Assembly: GCA_019233085.1 (NCBI GenBank)
Contig: JAFAMT010000416.1
Coordinates: forward strand, 1 to 46,871
Direction: 5' to 3'
Length of the DNA: 46,871 nucleotides
Source of the DNA: Herbaspirillum sp.
Lineage (GTDB): Bacteria; Pseudomonadota; Gammaproteobacteria; Burkholderiales; Burkholderiaceae_D
Of the stretch, positions 45,513 to 46,871 are shown one piece after another (position 1 is the stretch's first letter; the number at the start of each line of letters is the position of its first letter). The notes under the pieces are model-generated. The model saw only the letters and a list, made by a program, of their open reading frames with translations. It did no database searches and was not told where the DNA came from. The position numbers and the translations under genes were made by a program.

Positions 45513-46871
45513 GCGTACTCCTTGATTTGGACAGCCTGCAGGTGAGGGGTGACAGCGACCGGCTTGCGCACCTTGAACCACAACGAATACAGCGCCGGCA
45601 GGAACAGCAGGGTCAGGACCGTACCCACGCCCACGCCGCCGATGAGCACGTAGGCCAGCGGCCCCCAGAAGCTGGAGTGGGTCAGCGGGATGAAGGCCAG
45701 CATCGCCGCCACGGCGGTCAGGATCACCGGACGCGCACGGCGCACCGTCGATTCGATCACCGCCTCATAGGCCGACAGGCCGGCGTCGAGGTCATGGCGG
45801 ATCTGGTCGACCAGGATCAGCGTGTTGCGCATCAGGATGCCCGCCAGGCCGATCAAGCCCAGGATGGCGTTGAAGCCGAAGGCCTGATGGAACACCAGCA
45901 GCGTGGGAACGGCACCGACCAGGCCCAGCGGGGCGGTGGCAAACACCATCCACATGGTGGCGAAGGAACGTACCTGCAGCATGATGACGGTCAGCATCAG
46001 GATGATCATCAGCGGGAACAGCTTGGCCAGCGCCTGGTCGGCCTTGGCGCTTTCTTCCACCGAGCCACCGGTGTCGATGTGGTAGCCCGCCGGCAGGCTG
46101 GCCTTGATCTGCTCCAGCTTGGGCAGGATGGCGTGGGTCACGTCGGGTGGCTGGGTGCCGTCGCGGATGTCGCCCTGCACGGCGATGTAGGTCTCGCGGT
46201 CATAGCGCTTGAGGACGGCATCTTCCATCCGCGTTTCCAGGTGCGCCACCTGGGCCAGTGGCACGCTGGCGCCGGTGTCGGTGGTCAGCACCAGGTTGCG
46301 CAGGTCGGCCAGGTTGTTGCGCTCGGCGTGGGGGCTGCGGATGAGCACGTCGACGGTGCGCAAGCCCTCCCGTACCTGGGTGGCGGGGATGCCATTGAGC
46401 AGGGCCTGCAGCTGGATGGCGGCGTCGCGCGGCGACAGGCCGACCTGACGCAGACGTTCCTGGTCCAGGCTCAGATGCACGGTGGGAGTACGGTTGCCCC
46501 AGTCCATGTGGACGTCGCGCATGTCGGGGTTGGCGGCCATCACCACGCGTACCTGCTCGGCGATGTCACGCACCTTGTCCAGGTCCGGACCGACCACGCG
46601 GAACAGCACGGGGAAGGGCACTGGCGGGCCGAACACGAACTGGCTCACACGCACCCGGGCTTGCGGGAAGCGGCCTTCGGCAATCATCGTGCGGATCTTT
46701 TCCTTGAGCACGTCACGCTCGGCGGGGCCGGCGGTGAGCACGATCATCTGGGCGAAGGCCGGATTGGGCAGCTCCGGATTGACCGAGAGGAAGAAGCGCG
46801 GCGTACCCTGGCCGACATAGCTGGAGATGACCTCGGCTTCCGGTTCCTGGCGCAGCTTGGCTTCGATCTGC
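45509..46871 (-). CDS. RND efflux transporter permease, AcrB/AcrD/AcrF family (5' end beyond window)
   Basis: LPAGYHIDTGGSVEES, GLIGLAGILMRN.LILVD, RRARPVILT, GTVLTLLFLPALY. The frame stays open to the window edge. Confidence 0.93.
   Translation of the reverse strand, partial: QIEAKLRQEPEAEVISSYVGQGTPRFFLSVNPELPNPAFAQMIVLTAGPAERDVLKEKIRTMIAEGRFPQARVRVSQFVFGPPVPFPVLFRVVGPDLDKVRDIAEQVRVVMAANPDMRDVHMDWGNRTPTVHLSLDQERLRQVGLSPRDAAIQLQALLNGIPATQVREGLRTVDVLIRSPHAERNNLADLRNLVLTTDTGASVPLAQVAHLETRMEDAVLKRYDRETYIAVQGDIRDGTQPPDVTHAILPKLEQIKASLPAGYHIDTGGSVEESAKADQALAKLFPLMIILMLTVIMLQVRSFATMWMVFATAPLGLVGAVPTLLVFHQAFGFNAILGLIGLAGILMRNTLILVDQIRHDLDAGLSAYEAVIESTVRRARPVILTAVAAMLAFIPLTHSSFWGPLAYVLIGGVGVGTVLTLLFLPALYSLWFKVRKPVAVTPHLQAVQIKEYA

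Noticed and set aside
1-46871. CRISPR arrays, rRNA/tRNA, integrases, transposases, defence systems
   Set aside because: No spaced repeat array, structural RNA signature or recombinase/nuclease motif was seen by eye. Small ncRNAs cannot be excluded without a covariance-model search.

Overview
High-GC bacterial chromosomal window, probably betaproteobacterial (inferred from gene content), with four parts. (1) 1-19.9 kb, all minus strand, is a probable sulfur-starvation region. It holds a peptide-type ABC importer with two binding proteins and an AhpD-like gene, a GntR-flavoprotein-ferredoxin-ABC-HEAT-DUF971 operon, an orphan binding protein, a PBP-PAS-GGDEF-EAL protein and a DszC/SfnB-like monooxygenase. 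Several of these proteins are almost free of Cys/Met, and three promoters share a ~36-39 bp motif. (2) 20-28.5 kb holds ilvE, DUF4865, a FecR-OmpA pair and a PEP-CTERM gene with a complete sigma54/IHF/enhancer promoter. Next to it lie a SAM methyltransferase and an N-acyl amino acid synthase plus ThiF-nitroreductase fusion (oxzAB-type oxazolone synthetase), the most interesting locus. (3) About 28.7-44 kb is a visibly more AT-rich, regulator-dense accessory block: four GlxA-type regulators with recognisable operators, AraC, LysR, TetR and MarR, paired with HD, isochorismatase, beta-CA, GST, DUF1326/DUF2182 and NmrA genes, an SDR pseudogene and a 21-bp perfect palindrome. (4) 44-46.9 kb holds RND efflux genes. 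No rRNA, tRNA, CRISPR array or intact transposase was seen. Family calls rest on motif recognition by eye, without database searches. Start codons were adjusted from the ORF track where RBS or homology suggested it.
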